Positions 29,872 through 30,883 of a DNA stretch of 30,883 bases are shown piece by piece. The stretch lies in the NCBI GenBank assembly GCA_040006555.1, contig JBDTWT010000001.1:1-30883 (forward strand), written 5' to 3'. The DNA comes from Chloroflexota bacterium (GTDB lineage: Bacteria; Chloroflexota; Limnocylindria; QHBO01). How positions within the stretch are numbered: position 1 is the stretch's first letter; each line of letters opens with the position of its first letter. Both the position numbers and the translations under genes were made by a program. A model generated the notes under the pieces. That model saw nothing but the letters and a program-made list of their open reading frames with translations, was not told the DNA's origin and ran no database searches.

Positions 29872-30708
29872 TCAGTACGGAAGGAGTGAGGCCTTGGTCC
29901 GCAGCAGGTCGTAGAACGGCGTGCTGCCGGCGAGCTCGATCATGCGGAGCGGCTCGTCCAGCGCACGGACCTCCACGCGTTCGCCGACGGCGATCGGGAG
30001 GTCGAGCTGCCCATCGACGCTCACGAGCGCCCCCTCCGTCGCCTCGCGGAGCGTGATGCGCACCTCGTGATCCTCCCCCGCCACGACGCTGTGGAGCGGT
30101 GAGAGGTACCCGGCGACCGGCGTGATGACCATGTTGCGCAGCCTCGGATCCAGGACGGAGCCACCCGCGCTGAAGCTGTAGGCGGTCGAACCGGTGGGCG
30201 TGGCGACCACGACGCCGTCCGCGACGTAGGTCGCGAGGTGCGATCCGGAGACCTCGACCTCGAGCTGGATCATTCGCACGCGGCTCCCGCGAGCCACGAC
30301 CACCTCGTTTAGGCACGCGTGCTGGTCCTGGCTGCCGTCGGCGCGCACCAGCGTCGCGGAGATCCTGAACCGATCCTCGACGGCGTAGTCACCGGCGGCC
30401 ACCTGGTCGAGCGCGCGCTCCAGGCCGTCCGGCTCGACCTTGGCGAGGAAGCCGATGCGCCCGAGGTTCACCCCCAGCGCGGGAACTCCCGAGCCGCCGA
30501 TGGCGCGGGCCGTGCGCAGGAAGGTCCCATCCCCGCCCAGCACGCAGACGAGATCGGTCGCGTCCAGGGCCTCCACGATCCGCTCGTGCGCGTCGCCGGG
30601 CGCGTCCCACGTCTCCACCTCGTGCGCGGCACACCACGCGCGGGCGCGGCCGAGGAGCTCGGGGACGTGCTCGCTGTACGGGTTCCAGACGAAGCCGATG
30701 CGCTTCAT
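29872..30708 (-). CDS. nadK: NAD kinase
   Basis: LGGDGTFL, GVNLGRIGFL, CLNE, ADGVVVATPTGSTAYSFSAGG. Confidence 0.95.
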   Translation of the reverse strand: MKRIGFVWNPYSEHVPELLGRARAWCAAHEVETWDAPGDAHERIVEALDATDLVCVLGGDGTFLRTARAIGGSGVPALGVNLGRIGFLAKVEPDGLERALDQVAAGDYAVEDRFRISATLVRADGSQDQHACLNEVVVARGSRVRMIQLEVEVSGSHLATYVADGVVVATPTGSTAYSFSAGGSVLDPRLRNMVITPVAGYLSPLHSVVAGEDHEVRITLREATEGALVSVDGQLDLPIAVGERVEVRALDEPLRMIELAGSTPFYDLLRTKASLLPY

Positions 30709-30883
30709 CCGTCTACGGCTTCGGCGGTGCCTTCCAGGCGCGAGGCGATGCGATCGATGCTGCGCCGCAGCTCGGTGAGCTCGGCGGCGAGGTCGCTCGG
30801 CTCGCTCAGCGCGGCGTAGGAGCGGTCCAGCCCCGCCGCGATGAGCGCCCGCATCAGGCTCGATGGCGAGACGCCGCGCGCCT
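30705..30883 (-). CDS. Partial (5'-truncated by window edge) protein, probable ribbon-helix-helix/CopG-like domain plus coiled coil
   Basis: ...ARGVSPSSLMRALIAAGLDRSYAALSEPSDLAAELTELRRSIDRIASRLEGTAEAVDG*; stop overlaps the nadK ATG (ATGA); high GC3. Confidence 0.5.
   Translation of the reverse strand, partial: ARGVSPSSLMRALIAAGLDRSYAALSEPSDLAAELTELRRSIDRIASRLEGTAEAVDG

Noticed and set aside
1-30883. CRISPR arrays, IS elements, rRNA, tandem repeats
   Set aside because: No regularly spaced repeats, transposase motifs, terminal inverted repeats or rRNA-like sequence were seen by eye.

Overview
A very GC-rich bacterial chromosomal window with about 35 protein-coding genes, almost all on the minus strand, and one tRNA-Pro(GGG). 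The synteny (nadK-recN-xerD-punA-site-2 protease-scpA-scpB-rluB-cmk-plsC-ispH ... der-gpsA) is Terrabacteria-like, and I infer Chloroflexota or Actinomycetota-like, but I cannot confirm this. From left to right: (1) a translationally coupled type IV pilus operon (short A24 peptidase, PilB with a tandem MshEN c-di-GMP motif, PilC, three minor pilins, one fused to a PQQ-like propeller), headed by a TTGAC-N4-GTCAA palindrome; (2) a DUF2231-Rieske gene and a FadF/HdrD-like membrane Fe-S oxidoreductase; (3) DUF998, moaC-moaB fusion, moeA, M50-CBS protease, DUF1461, a holin-like 4-TM protein, guanine deaminase and a cold-shock protein; (4) a roughly 2 kb accessory islet between csp and the 3' end of tRNA-Pro; (5) about 14 kb of housekeeping genes. 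The islet holds a hidden ORF with no canonical start, an orphan 95-aa gene, an orphan receiver domain, a DUF998 gene that has lost its stop codon, and two structured non-coding segments. Other unusual signals are a recurring TANNNT-N6/7-start (leaderless) architecture, stop codons that double as -10 boxes, and a second stop-loss event (HD gene running into scpA via a change that is synonymous in scpA). No CRISPR array, integrase or transposase was seen. All family calls come from motif recognition by eye. No database searches or folding programs were run. I did not find a clearly new multi-gene system; the islet and the pilus operon are the best candidates.
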